Positions 1 through 9,149 of a DNA stretch of 64,000 nucleotides are shown piece after piece. The stretch lies in the NCBI GenBank assembly GCA_027021705.1, contig JALUTT010000056.1:1-64000 (forward strand), read 5' to 3'. The position numbers were made by a program, and so were the translations under genes. This stretch comes from Anaerolineae bacterium (GTDB lineage Bacteria; Chloroflexota; Anaerolineae; S140-20). How positions within the stretch are numbered: position 1 is the stretch's first letter; every line of letters begins with the position of its first letter. The notes below the pieces were generated by a model. That model had not been told where the DNA came from. It saw only the letters and a program-made list of their open reading frames with translations, and did not search any database.

Positions 1-67
1 AATGCACGAATGAGGCGGTCCTTAATTCGTGTATTCGTGCCCCATTCGTGGACGGCTCGTCTCCCTA

Positions 68-91
68 TCTCCAAAGATATGGGTAATCACC
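68..91. repeat. 24-bp dispersed repeat copy 1 (TCTCCAAAGATATGGGTAATCACC)
   Basis: Identical 24-mer at 14906-14929 in the same orientation. Confidence 0.85.
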
Positions 92-104
92 GGAGGTCTG
101 CCGC

Positions 105-133
105 TTGTCAGCCCGGCGAACCCGGCGTACAAT
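105..133 (+). promoter_or_regulatory. sigma70-type promoter for yihY operon
   Basis: TTGTCA-17 bp-TACAAT. Confidence 0.6.
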
Positions 134-168
134 TACGAGGGGTTCGCCGATGTGGCGAATCCGTCCTT

Positions 169-218
169 GTAGGAGGGCTTCGTAGGAGGGCTTTGTAGGA
201 GGGCTTTCCAAGCCCGAC
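169..218 (+). repeat. GTAG-type REP-like element with triplicated 13-bp 5' arm
   Basis: GTAGGAGGGCTT[C/T] x3; the last copy is completed as the GTAG-GAGGGCTT-TCC-AAGCCC-GAC hairpin. Confidence 0.6.
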
Positions 219-236
219 TCTCTTTGGAGGTGGCGT

Positions 237-1343
237 GTGTTCCGGTCTGAAGAGGCAAGCGCCCGATACCGGTTGTCCCTGCACCCGGCGCTCCGGGATG
301 CGCTTCAGGTCACCCGGTGTGCGTTGAAGGCTTTTGGCGACGACAACGGCCCGCGCCTGGCGGCGGCTCTGGCCTACTACACCCTTTTCGCCCTCTTCCC
401 CTTGCTCCTGCTGCTGATCTCTCTCATCGGCTTCCTGCTGGAGGCCGGCTGGCCTATTGCCGTGAACGCCCAGGAGTACGTCTTCGACCTGGTCCGACAG
501 GCCCTGCCCCAGGCCCAGGAGTTGGTGATCAACAGCGTGAAGGCCGTCCAGGCAGCCCGGGGCAGCGTGGGCATCGTGGGGTTGGCCGCGCTCCTCTGGT
601 CAGCCTCTAACCTCTTCCACCAGCTCGACATCGCCTTGGACACCATTTGGGCGGGCCAGGCCCGGCGCTCGCTGCGGGCCACGGCCCAGCGACGACTCCT
701 CTCGATGGGGCTAGTGGTCATCGCCGGGGGACTCCTCCTGGCCTCTACAGTGGTGGACACCGTCCTGGACCTGCTCACCCGCTACACCTACCGACTGCCC
801 GGAGCCGCCCTCTTCTGGCAGGTCGTCCCTTCCATCATCTCGGCGGCGCTGGTCGCCTTCGTCTTCGGCCTCCTCTACCGCATCCTGCCGGACGTGGTGG
901 TGAGCTGGCGGCAGGTCTGGCCGGGCGCTGTGGCAGGTGGGGTGGCCTGGGAGGTGCTGAAGCAGGGCTTCAGCTTCTACGCCACCCGCGCCAACTGGAC
1001 GGCCATCTACGGCCCTGTGGCCGGCTTCATCGCCCTACTCACCTGGCTCTACCTCTCGGCCCAGGTCCTGCTCCTGGGCGCGGAGTTCTCCGCCTGTTAC
1101 ACCCGACTCCTGGAGAGCCGACGCCGGCCGGTTCCCTCCGATAGGGCGCTGTCCCCCCAACCGGAACCGTTGGCCCCGTCGGAAGCGGTCCCGGCGACGA
1201 CCGAGATCAACCGGGCCGGGTTTCGCCGAGGAACGGTGATCGGCGTGGCCGGCGCTGCCGGCCTCCTCACCGTCGCCGGCCTGGCCCTGGCCACCCGTCA
1301 CCTGCTGGGACGCCGAGGGGAGCGGAGAGGAGGGAAGCAGTGA
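237..1343 (+). CDS. YihY/virulence factor BrkB family membrane protein
   Basis: AAALAYYTLFALFP and IYGPVAGFIALLTWLY motifs, multiple TM segments, GGAGG RBS. Confidence 0.9.
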   Translation: MFRSEEASARYRLSLHPALRDALQVTRCALKAFGDDNGPRLAAALAYYTLFALFPLLLLLISLIGFLLEAGWPIAVNAQEYVFDLVRQALPQAQELVINSVKAVQAARGSVGIVGLAALLWSASNLFHQLDIALDTIWAGQARRSLRATAQRRLLSMGLVVIAGGLLLASTVVDTVLDLLTRYTYRLPGAALFWQVVPSIISAALVAFVFGLLYRILPDVVVSWRQVWPGAVAGGVAWEVLKQGFSFYATRANWTAIYGPVAGFIALLTWLYLSAQVLLLGAEFSACYTRLLESRRRPVPSDRALSPQPEPLAPSEAVPATTEINRAGFRRGTVIGVAGAAGLLTVAGLALATRHLLGRRGERRGGKQ

Positions 1344-2653
1344 GGACTGCGTCGGTCCGCCGTTTCCTCTTGCCGGTGGTCACCTTGCTCCTTGCCCTGA
1401 TCGCCCCCCGCCTGAGGCCGAGCGCGGCCCAGACCCTCGCGCCCATCCTGGTGCTGGGGCCACTGGTCCAGATGGACGCCACCGGCGGCCTGCGCATCGT
1501 CTGGTGGACGGATCGGCCCGGCAGAGCGGAGGTGCAACTGGGCGTGGATGGGGCCACCACCGTGGCGGCGGAGAGCTGGGAGCGCTGGGCAGAGGCGCCG
1601 TCCCCCTTGGACCACTTCTGGCAGCATGTTGCCCCCCTTCCCTCCCTCCCCGCCGGCACCGCCGTCCCTTACCGCCTCCTGATGGACGGGCAGGCTTTGC
1701 CCGCCGGTCCCTTCACCCTGCGCGTGCCCCCGGACCGCCCTCCCCTGCGGCTGGCCATCGTCGGCGACTACGGTTCCGGCCTGCCGGCCGAACAGGCGGT
1801 CCGCGACCTGATCGCCGCCCAGCAGCCCGACCTGATCCTCACCACCGGTGACAATGCCTACCCCCGGGGGCGTTACGAGGAGTTCCACCGCTACGTCTTC
1901 GCCGTCTACGGCGATCTGATGGCCCAGGTGCCCTTTATGCCCGCTATCGGCAACCACGACGACATCACCGGACACGCGACGCCCTACCGGGAGCTCTTCG
2001 TGCTGCCGGAGAACGGCTGGCGGCCAGAGGAGCGGGAGCGCTACTACAGCTTCGATGTGGCCAACGCCCACGTCGTGGTGCTGGACAGCACCGACGGGCT
2101 GGCGGCCATCAGCGATGCGGCGGAGGATGATATGGCCGACTGGCTGGCCGCCGACCTGGCAGCGACCGACAAACCCTGGCGCATTATCCTCTTCCATCAC
2201 CCGCCCTACTCGGCCGGCGTCCACGGCAGCCACAGCCTGGCCCGCCAGCGGCTCACACCGGTGCTGGAGGCTGGGGGCGTCCAATGGGTCTTCAACGGCC
2301 ACGAACACGACTACCAACGCACCTGCCCCATCCGCCAGGAGCGCTGCGTCGAGCCAGGGGCGGGGATCACCTACGTGATCACCGGAGGGGGTGGGGCCGG
2401 GCTACGCCCGACCGGCCAGGATTGGTTCACCCGCCGCGCCCTCAGCGTCCACCACGCCGCCTTCCTTACGCTGGACGACTGCCTGGCCCGCCTCACCGTG
2501 CGGGACCAGGAGGGCCAAGTGGTGGACCAGAACGTGGTCCTGCGGTGCCCCTTGGACTATCGTTTCTACCTGCCGTGGGTCTCCCAGGCAGCAGTGCAGA
2601 TCCGAGAGGTGCAGCAGCAAGTGCGTGACTGTCTGCTAAGCCTCTTCTCCTGA
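1340..2653 (+). CDS. exported metallophosphoesterase (purple acid phosphatase-like, N-terminal FN3-like domain)
   Basis: Signal peptide; GD, GDNAY, GNHD, HHP and GHEH metal-binding motifs. Confidence 0.9.
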   Translation: MRTASVRRFLLPVVTLLLALIAPRLRPSAAQTLAPILVLGPLVQMDATGGLRIVWWTDRPGRAEVQLGVDGATTVAAESWERWAEAPSPLDHFWQHVAPLPSLPAGTAVPYRLLMDGQALPAGPFTLRVPPDRPPLRLAIVGDYGSGLPAEQAVRDLIAAQQPDLILTTGDNAYPRGRYEEFHRYVFAVYGDLMAQVPFMPAIGNHDDITGHATPYRELFVLPENGWRPEERERYYSFDVANAHVVVLDSTDGLAAISDAAEDDMADWLAADLAATDKPWRIILFHHPPYSAGVHGSHSLARQRLTPVLEAGGVQWVFNGHEHDYQRTCPIRQERCVEPGAGITYVITGGGGAGLRPTGQDWFTRRALSVHHAAFLTLDDCLARLTVRDQEGQVVDQNVVLRCPLDYRFYLPWVSQAAVQIREVQQQVRDCLLSLFS

Positions 2654-2654
2654 G

Positions 2655-2683
2655 TTGGCAAGGTCGCCTGGAGAGGGTATAAT
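2655..2683 (+). promoter_or_regulatory. sigma70-type promoter
   Basis: TTGGCA-17 bp-TATAAT. Confidence 0.65.
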
Positions 2684-2742
2684 CCCGCTCCGTATCTCCA
2701 CCCTTGTGCCTTGTGGCGAAGCACTCTGGACAGGAGGGCGCT

Positions 2743-4044
2743 GTGAAGCCTGACCTTCCGACCATCCGCACCCACGCGACGGACCACCGGATCCTCTCCC
2801 CGGCCCGCCTCTGGCGTCTCCTCAGCGCCGCGGCCCTGGGAGGACTGGCGCTTCTGGGGATGCTGGCGCTGGCCGCCTGTCAGCGTCCTCCCCTCCTTTA
2901 CGATGTCACCCTGGCCCCAGACCGGATCACCCCCAACGCCGACGGCGATACGGACATCACCAAGATCACCTACAAACTGGGCCGCCGGGCGACCCTGTCC
3001 ATCTACTTCCTGGACGCCAAGGGGCAGCGCCACGACTTTCGCCGCAACGAGCCCCGCGCCCCCGGTGAGTACGAGGTCTACTTCGGCGGGGTGATCAACG
3101 ACCGCATGCTCCCCGACGGCACCTACACCTGGGTCATCGAGGCGGTGGATCCTCAGGGGGAGCAGGCCCAGGTCCAGGGAACCTTGGTCATCGCCGACGC
3201 CGACACCGTCTTCCCCGACATCCGAGAACTGACCGTCTATCCCCCCGTCTTCACTCCCAACCGGGACGGCCTCTCGGACCGGGCGACCATTAGCCTCTAT
3301 TTAGCCAAGGACGCGGAGCTTCAGGTCTACCTGGTGAACCCGAAGGACCCCAACCGGGTGCGCTACGCCGTGGCGGAGACGGAGGGGCTGCGGAAGCCGG
3401 GGGAGCGGGGACGCCACGAGTACGACTACGACGCGGGCGTGGACCAAGGGGCCGAACCGCCTCCCGATGGCACCTACTGGGTGGTGGCCGAGGCGGTGGA
3501 CGCGGTGGGCCAGCGAGACGTGGAGACGACGACGCTGACCATCCGAGAGGGCGGGGTTCCCAAGGCGGAGATCCTCTCTCCACCGGATGGCGACTCCGTC
3601 CGTTGGAACACCGACCACGTGCTGCTGGGCAACACCCTCTGCTTCACGGTGACCGTGGACAACTACGGGCCGGTGCCCATCCGCACCAGCGGCCCGCCGC
3701 CGGGGACGGTCTACCGGGATGATCAGAACTACAACACGCTGGGCTACGGCATCGAGGCCGGTGCATGGCGGGTGGGGATCGAGAGCGAAGCCTCCCTGAG
3801 CTCCTACCCCTACCGCTGGGCCGTGGGCGAGCCGAGCCAGTTGGTGACCCGGGTGATCAATGGGCAGGTCTACACCTACCTGCCGGCCGGAGCGCGAGGA
3901 CGGGTCTACGGCTGCATCGAGATCACCCAGGAGCCGGTGCCCAACCCTCTCTACTTCTGGGCCGGCCTGATCCACGAACGGGTGGGCATTGCCCCCATCA
4001 ACAACCACGTGGACCCGGAGTTCATCAAGATCGAGGTGCCGTGA
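2743..4044 (+). CDS. hypothetical lipoprotein with two FlgD-Ig-like repeats
   Basis: Lipobox LAAC; repeated (I/F)TPNxDG...PDGTYxWV units; AGGAGG before GTG 2743. Confidence 0.7.
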   Translation: MKPDLPTIRTHATDHRILSPARLWRLLSAAALGGLALLGMLALAACQRPPLLYDVTLAPDRITPNADGDTDITKITYKLGRRATLSIYFLDAKGQRHDFRRNEPRAPGEYEVYFGGVINDRMLPDGTYTWVIEAVDPQGEQAQVQGTLVIADADTVFPDIRELTVYPPVFTPNRDGLSDRATISLYLAKDAELQVYLVNPKDPNRVRYAVAETEGLRKPGERGRHEYDYDAGVDQGAEPPPDGTYWVVAEAVDAVGQRDVETTTLTIREGGVPKAEILSPPDGDSVRWNTDHVLLGNTLCFTVTVDNYGPVPIRTSGPPPGTVYRDDQNYNTLGYGIEAGAWRVGIESEASLSSYPYRWAVGEPSQLVTRVINGQVYTYLPAGARGRVYGCIEITQEPVPNPLYFWAGLIHERVGIAPINNHVDPEFIKIEVP

Positions 4045-5036
4045 GGACAGGGCGCTGGGAGGCGGAGGTGGACGCGCTGGACCTGGCGGTCGTCATCGTA
4101 AGCTGGAACGTGCGGGAGCGACTGCGGGCCTGCCTGCACGCGCTCCAAGCGGAGTTGGCGCGATGGGGCCGGCGTGGGGCGGTCTGGGTGGTGGACAACG
4201 GCTCCACCGATGGCACTCCGGCGATGATCCGGCAGTCCTTCCCTCAAGTCCGGTTGATCGCCAACGAGGACAACCGGGGCTTCGCAGCGGCCAACAACCA
4301 GGCCCTACGGGCGATGGGCTTCGAGGAAGAGCCTCCCGTCCCCGAACCCTCCCTTCCCCGTTACGTACTGCTGCTGAACCCAGACACGGAGGTGGAGCCG
4401 GGGGCGGTATCGGCACTGGTGGACTTTATGGACGCCCACCCTGCTGTGGGTGTGGCGGGCGTCCGCCTGAGCTACGGGGATGGCTCCTTCCAGCACAGCG
4501 CCTTCCGCTTCCCCGGCCTCTGGCAGATCGCCTTGGACCTCTTGCCCGTGCCGGGCCGCCTCTATGGGTCCCGCCTGAACGGGCGCTATCCCCGACGGCT
4601 GTACGAGGCCGGTCGCCCCTTCCCCATTGACCATCCCCTGGGGGCCGCGATGATGGTTCGCCGGGAGGCCATCCTCCAGGTGGGGCTGCTGGATGAGGGG
4701 TTTTTCCTGTACTGCGAGGAGATTGACTGGTGCTGGCGGATGCACCGGGCGGGCTGGTCGGCCTACTGCGTGCCCGAGGCGCGGGTGATCCACCACGTCG
4801 GACAGAGCGCCGGACAGGTGCGGGTGGCCTCGCTACGCCACCTGTGGCGCAGTCGGCGCCGCCTCTACGAGAAGCACTACGGTCCGCTGCGCCACCGGCT
4901 GGCCCGCTGGCTCGTGCGCCTAGGGATGGCCTGGCAGGCGCGGGCCACCTGGAGAGCGGTGAACCGAAGAGAGCTCCCGCGTCGGGAGGGGGAGGAACGA
5001 GTGCGGGCCTACCGAGAGATCGCGGCCCTCTTCTGA
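4041..5036 (+). CDS. glycosyltransferase family 2 (WbbL/rhamnosyltransferase-like)
   Basis: VVIVSWN, VVDNGSTD, NRGFAAANN, LLNPD and FFLYCEEIDW motifs; start 4041 or 4068 rather than 3765. Confidence 0.9.
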   Translation: MRTGRWEAEVDALDLAVVIVSWNVRERLRACLHALQAELARWGRRGAVWVVDNGSTDGTPAMIRQSFPQVRLIANEDNRGFAAANNQALRAMGFEEEPPVPEPSLPRYVLLLNPDTEVEPGAVSALVDFMDAHPAVGVAGVRLSYGDGSFQHSAFRFPGLWQIALDLLPVPGRLYGSRLNGRYPRRLYEAGRPFPIDHPLGAAMMVRREAILQVGLLDEGFFLYCEEIDWCWRMHRAGWSAYCVPEARVIHHVGQSAGQVRVASLRHLWRSRRRLYEKHYGPLRHRLARWLVRLGMAWQARATWRAVNRRELPRREGEERVRAYREIAALF

Positions 5037-5093
5037 ACCGCCTGTCGGTAGGGCTGTATGAAACCGAGGTTGATCTTCAAGGCCTCCGCTCAA

Positions 5094-5181
5094 ACCGCAG
5101 AGCGCGGAGGACGCCGAGGAACATCGAGAAGAACCGATAAGAAATTTCTGCGAACTCTGCGTTTCTCTGCGGCTCTGCGGT
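5094..5181. repeat. imperfect palindromic intergenic repeat (ACCGCAGAGC...GCTCTGCGGT)
   Basis: 10-bp terminal inverted repeat with internal CTCTGCG/CGCAGAG units; similar architecture at 1-55 and 31687-31741. Confidence 0.55.
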
Positions 5182-5206
5182 AAAAAGGACCACCATCCAG
5201 GGGGCA

Positions 5207-5242
5207 GGAAAAGGGAAGGGCGAGGTGTCTGGCACCTCGCCC
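5207..5242 (-). terminator. intrinsic terminator of candidate minus-strand sRNA
   Basis: GGGCGAGGTG-CCAGA-CACCTCGCCC 10-bp stem followed by TTCCCTTTT on the minus strand. Confidence 0.7.
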
Positions 5243-5454
5243 GGAAGTCGTTCCTGGTCAGTCGTGGGTTTGACTGTGCAACGGCGTCGGAGGGGGGGCT
5301 TTTTTTTTACGGACTGTTGACATTCAAACGGGTTGCAGCGGGCTATGACGGACTGCAGTGAGCTAGGATGAGCAACGATGTGAGCGACCTTGAACTGCGA
5401 TGGACTACGATGGGCTGCGACGGCAACGACGGGTCTGACCAGGAACGTCATTCT
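5207..5454 (-). ncRNA. candidate repeat-containing small RNA (~245 nt)
   Basis: Own promoter (5461-5489), 13-bp 5'/3' closing stem (5249-5261 with 5435-5447), about 12 degenerate 10-nt repeats, terminator. Confidence 0.55.
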
Positions 5455-5460
5455 GACCCT

Positions 5461-5489
5461 ATCATACCACAAAAAGCCCCCCTTGTCCG
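5461..5489 (-). promoter_or_regulatory. sigma70-type promoter with extended -10
   Basis: Minus strand CGGACA-17 bp-TATGAT with TG at -15/-14. Confidence 0.65.
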
Positions 5490-5505
5490 TAAACGGAGCG
5501 TAAAA

Positions 5506-6264
5506 ATGTCCCCAACTCCGGTCCCGGATCTGGTCGCTGTGATCCTGACCAAGGATGAGGCCCGCCACATCCAGGACTGCATCGCCAGCCTGATCTGGAC
5601 CGATGAGGTGGTCGTCTTCGATGCCTTTAGCGGGGATGCCACCGTGCCGCTGGCGCAGGAGGCGGGGGCACGGGTGATCCGGCATCCCTTCCGCAACTAC
5701 GCCCAGCAGCGCAACGCGGCCCTGGAGATGGTGGAGGCCCGGTGGATCTTCTTCGTGGATGCCGACGAGCGGGCGACGCCGGCGCTGGCCCGGGAGGTGC
5801 GCCAGGCGATCCGCCGCGCCGATGTGAACGGCTGGTGGGTGCCCCGCCACAACTACATCTTCGGGCGACTCACCCTGGGGGCCGGCTGGTGGCCCGACTA
5901 CCAGATGCGCCTCCTCCGACGGGGAAAGGCCCGTTACGAGCGGGAGGTCCACGAGATCGTCGTCCTGGAGGGCCAGGCCGGTCACCTGAAGAACCCCCTC
6001 ATCCACTACAACTACGACAGTGTGGCTCACTTCCACGCCAAACAGGATCGCTACACCGACTACGACGCCCAGGTCCTCTACCGGCAAGGAGTGCGTCCCC
6101 GGTGGTACACCCCTTACACCCAGTTCCTACGCCACTTCTGGTGGCGCTTCGTCACGCTGGGGGGCTATCGGGATGGGCTGCACGGGCTGCGGTTGAGCGG
6201 GCTGATGGCCTACTACGAGAAAGAGAAGTACCGCCGCCTGCGCCGGTTGTGGGCATTGGGGTAA
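5506..6264 (+). CDS. glycosyltransferase family 2 (WaaE/KdtX-like beta-glucosyltransferase)
   Basis: ILTKDEA, YAQQRN, FVDADE, WWPDYQMRL and VHE motifs; ATG 5506 preferred to 5368. Confidence 0.9.
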   Translation: MSPTPVPDLVAVILTKDEARHIQDCIASLIWTDEVVVFDAFSGDATVPLAQEAGARVIRHPFRNYAQQRNAALEMVEARWIFFVDADERATPALAREVRQAIRRADVNGWWVPRHNYIFGRLTLGAGWWPDYQMRLLRRGKARYEREVHEIVVLEGQAGHLKNPLIHYNYDSVAHFHAKQDRYTDYDAQVLYRQGVRPRWYTPYTQFLRHFWWRFVTLGGYRDGLHGLRLSGLMAYYEKEKYRRLRRLWALG

Positions 6265-6271
6265 ATTCCCC

Positions 6272-6300
6272 TTGACAAAGGCGAAAAGATGGTGTATGAT
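6272..6300 (+). promoter_or_regulatory. sigma70-type promoter of LacI/ABC operon
   Basis: TTGACA-17 bp-TATGAT. Confidence 0.85.
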
Positions 6301-6311
6301 AGAGGCGATTT

Positions 6312-6325
6312 TGGGAGCGCTCCCA
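6312..6325. promoter_or_regulatory. LacI-family operator O1 (TGGGAGCGCTCCCA, CelR/CebR box)
   Basis: Perfect palindrome, extendable to 20 bp (6309-6328), just downstream of the predicted start site. Confidence 0.9.
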
Positions 6326-6405
6326 AAACCACCCGCCCTTCGTTGGGGTTTCGGGGGGTTTTCGGGGGCATTTGAGGCGAAAATCGCTTTTTTTCAGGTC
6401 TGAGT

Positions 6406-6419
6406 TGGGAGCGCTCCCA
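6406..6419. promoter_or_regulatory. LacI-family operator O2 (TGGGAGCGCTCCCA)
   Basis: Second perfect copy abutting the AGGAGG RBS of the regulator. Confidence 0.9.
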
Positions 6420-6432
6420 ACAGGAGGTCCCT

Positions 6433-7461
6433 ATGACACACACCCTGGAAGAGATCGCCAAGCTGGCCGGCGTCTCCCGCTCCACCGTCTCTCGCGTCAT
6501 CAACGATCACCCCAACGTCCGGCCCGAGGTGCGCGAGCGCGTCTGGCAGGTGATTCGGGAGGTGGGTTACCAGCCCCACGCCGCCGCCCGCAGCCTCGCC
6601 ACCAACCGCACCCAGGTGCTGGGGCTCATCATCCCCCAGGCCGTGACCACCCTCTTCACCGACCCCTTCTTCCCCCACCTCATCCAGGGCATGGCCGAGG
6701 CCTGCAACGCCCATCGCTACCACCTGATGCTCTCCCTCTTCACCGGGCGGACCGACCAGGAGAGCCTCTACCGTCGGGTGTTGCGCAGCGGCACGCTGGA
6801 CGGTGTGGTCGTGGCCTCGACGACGCTGGACGACCCCCTCATCCCCCGCCTGCTCCAGGAAAAGCTCCCCTTCGTCTCGGTGGGCCGTCACCGGGAGGCG
6901 GCGGTGAGTTACGTGGATGTGGACAACGTGGCCGGCGCCCGCCAGGCCGTGGAGCACCTGCTGCGCCAGGGCCACCGCCGGATCGCCACGGTGACCGGTC
7001 CGCTGGCGATGATGGCAGGCCGGGACCGGCTGGAGGGCTACCGCCAGGCCCTGGAGGCGCGGGGGGTGCCCGTGGACGATGCGCTCATCGCCGAGGGCGA
7101 CTTTACCGAGGAGGGGGGGCGGATGGCGATGCAGCGGCTATTGCCCCACCGACCCACGGCCGTCTTCGTCGCCAGCGACACGATGGCCGTCGGCGCGATG
7201 AAGGCGATCAAGGAGGCCGGGCTGCGCATCCCCGAGGATGTGGCCGTGGTCGGGTTTGATGACCTACCCGTTGCCTCCATCGTTGAGCCGGCGCTGACCA
7301 CCGTCCGCCAGCCTATCGAGCGGTTGGGGGCCACGGCGGTGGAAGTGCTGATCGGCCTGATCGAGCAGCAAGCCGAAGCGCCTCAGCACGTCATCCTGCC
7401 TACCCAGCTGGTCATCCGGGCCTCGTGCGGAGCGCTGAGCGGCTCCAGGGGCCTGGAATAA
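6433..7461 (+). CDS. LacI-family transcriptional regulator
   Basis: N-terminal [42 protein letters not shown]. Confidence 0.97.
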   Translation: MTHTLEEIAKLAGVSRSTVSRVINDHPNVRPEVRERVWQVIREVGYQPHAAARSLATNRTQVLGLIIPQAVTTLFTDPFFPHLIQGMAEACNAHRYHLMLSLFTGRTDQESLYRRVLRSGTLDGVVVASTTLDDPLIPRLLQEKLPFVSVGRHREAAVSYVDVDNVAGARQAVEHLLRQGHRRIATVTGPLAMMAGRDRLEGYRQALEARGVPVDDALIAEGDFTEEGGRMAMQRLLPHRPTAVFVASDTMAVGAMKAIKEAGLRIPEDVAVVGFDDLPVASIVEPALTTVRQPIERLGATAVEVLIGLIEQQAEAPQHVILPTQLVIRASCGALSGSRGLE

Positions 7462-7609
7462 GGACGGCCCCCGACCCGAGAAGCCGGCCCTCCCGCTGAT
7501 TGTCAGGAGCCCTTCGCCCCGGCAAGACCGTGCACCGCCGGAGCGCACGCCAAGTACACCCGTTTACCGGTCTCGAGTTCGTGAGAACCTTGCAAAGGAG
7601 GGAGTCACG

Positions 7610-9073
7610 ATGAAACCACGGTGGTTGGTCCTGCTCAGCCTGGTGACGATCCTCGGGATGCTGGCGACTGCCTGCGGCAGCGCGACCCCTGAGGTCGTCG
7701 AGAAGACGGTCGTGGTGACCAAGGAGGTGGTCAAGGAGGTCCAGGTCACCAAGATCGTCCAGGGGAAGACGGTGACGGAGATCGTCACGGCCACACCGCC
7801 CCCGCCGGAGGAAGTCACCCTGAAGATCTGGATCATGCCCAACGGCCCAGACCCGTTGGGGGCCATCCAGACGGAGATTGACGAGTTCGAGAAGCTGCAC
7901 CCCAACATCCGCATTGAGGCGGAGGTACTGGACTGGGGTTCGGCCTGGAGCAAGATCACCACGGCGGCCACCAGCGGCGAGGGGCCGGACATCTCCCAGC
8001 TCGGCACCACCTGGGTGGCGGCCATCGCCGCGATGGGGGCGCTGCGTCCCTTCACCGCCGAGGAGATCGCGGCGATGGGCGGGGCGGAGAACTTCGTCGA
8101 GGCCTCTTGGCAGACCTGCAACCCGGTGGGCAGCGGCTTCACCGTCGCCGTCCCCTGGTTCGTGGACACCCGGGCCATCATCTACCGCAAGGATGTGCTG
8201 GAGAAGGTGGGGCTGGACCCGGATGAAGCCTTCGCCACCTGGGACACCTTCGACGCCGCCCTGGCCCGCATCAAAGAAGCCAAGGAGGCGGGCGAGGTGG
8301 AGACCTATCCCATTGGCTTCCCCGGCAAGAACGACTGGAACGTGCTGCATAACTTCGCCCCCTGGGTCTGGGGAGCCGGCGGGGAGATGCTGAACCCGGG
8401 CAACACGGCGGCCGTCTTCAACAGCCCCGAGGCCATCGAAGGCTTCAAATTCTACGCCAGCCTCTTCACCAAGGGCTACACCCCGCCCGACGTGCTGGAG
8501 CTGAACAGCGCCCAGGTGGATGGGATGTTCCCCTCGGGTGAGGTGGCGATGATCATCTCCGGCCCCTGGATGGTGAAGAACAGCCGCACGCCGGAGGATA
8601 AGGGCGGGTTCGCCGGAAGTGTGGCGGCGGAGAACTTCGCCGTGCACGAGATCCCGGCGGGGCCGGCGGGCCGCTTCACCTTCGTCGGCGGCTCCGACCT
8701 CACCGTCTGGAACAGCAGCAAGCACCAGGAGGAGGCCGTCGAGTTCGTCAAGTTCCTGGTCAGCAAGGAGTCCCAGATCCGCTACGGCGGCAACATCGGC
8801 ATGCTCCCGGCGGTCAAGGAGGCGCTGGCCGATCCCACCTTCAAGGACGACCCCGACTACGGCGTCTTCGTCCAAGCGGTGGGGCACGGCAAGTCCTACC
8901 CGGCCATCGCTGCCTGGGGGCCCATCGAGAGCGCGATGGTGAAGAACCTGGGGGCGCTGTGGGACGATGTGGCCGGCGTCAACGGCCCCTTCGACCCCGA
9001 CACGATGATCCCGGCCCGCCTGGACGCGGCCAAGCAGGAGGTGGACGCGCTGCTGGCCGCCGGTGGCGGCTAG
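7610..9073 (+). CDS. sugar ABC transporter substrate-binding lipoprotein
   Basis: Lipobox LATAC, V/K/E/T-rich linker, GPDISQLGTTW, family-1 SBP features. Confidence 0.93.
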   Translation: MKPRWLVLLSLVTILGMLATACGSATPEVVEKTVVVTKEVVKEVQVTKIVQGKTVTEIVTATPPPPEEVTLKIWIMPNGPDPLGAIQTEIDEFEKLHPNIRIEAEVLDWGSAWSKITTAATSGEGPDISQLGTTWVAAIAAMGALRPFTAEEIAAMGGAENFVEASWQTCNPVGSGFTVAVPWFVDTRAIIYRKDVLEKVGLDPDEAFATWDTFDAALARIKEAKEAGEVETYPIGFPGKNDWNVLHNFAPWVWGAGGEMLNPGNTAAVFNSPEAIEGFKFYASLFTKGYTPPDVLELNSAQVDGMFPSGEVAMIISGPWMVKNSRTPEDKGGFAGSVAAENFAVHEIPAGPAGRFTFVGGSDLTVWNSSKHQEEAVEFVKFLVSKESQIRYGGNIGMLPAVKEALADPTFKDDPDYGVFVQAVGHGKSYPAIAAWGPIESAMVKNLGALWDDVAGVNGPFDPDTMIPARLDAAKQEVDALLAAGGG

Positions 9074-9149
9074 AGGAGAGGCCACGGGAGGGGGATGGGG
9101 GCCGACGCCGGCCCCCATCCTCACCTCTCCGTCGGCGGGAGGGAGGACG

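Noticed and set aside
5308..5447. CRISPR array or type III TA antitoxin interpretation of the repeats
   Set aside because: Units are about 10 nt and degenerate with no unique spacers; no cas or toxin gene follows
5308..5447. Plus-strand CsrB-like RNA (several ANGGA words)
   Set aside because: Only a minority of units contain GGA, and the promoter and terminator polarity point to the minus strand; TTGACA at 5317 has no matching -10
5368..5505. N-terminal extension of the second GT2
   Set aside because: Runs through the repeat/promoter region; GT2 homology begins after ATG 5506
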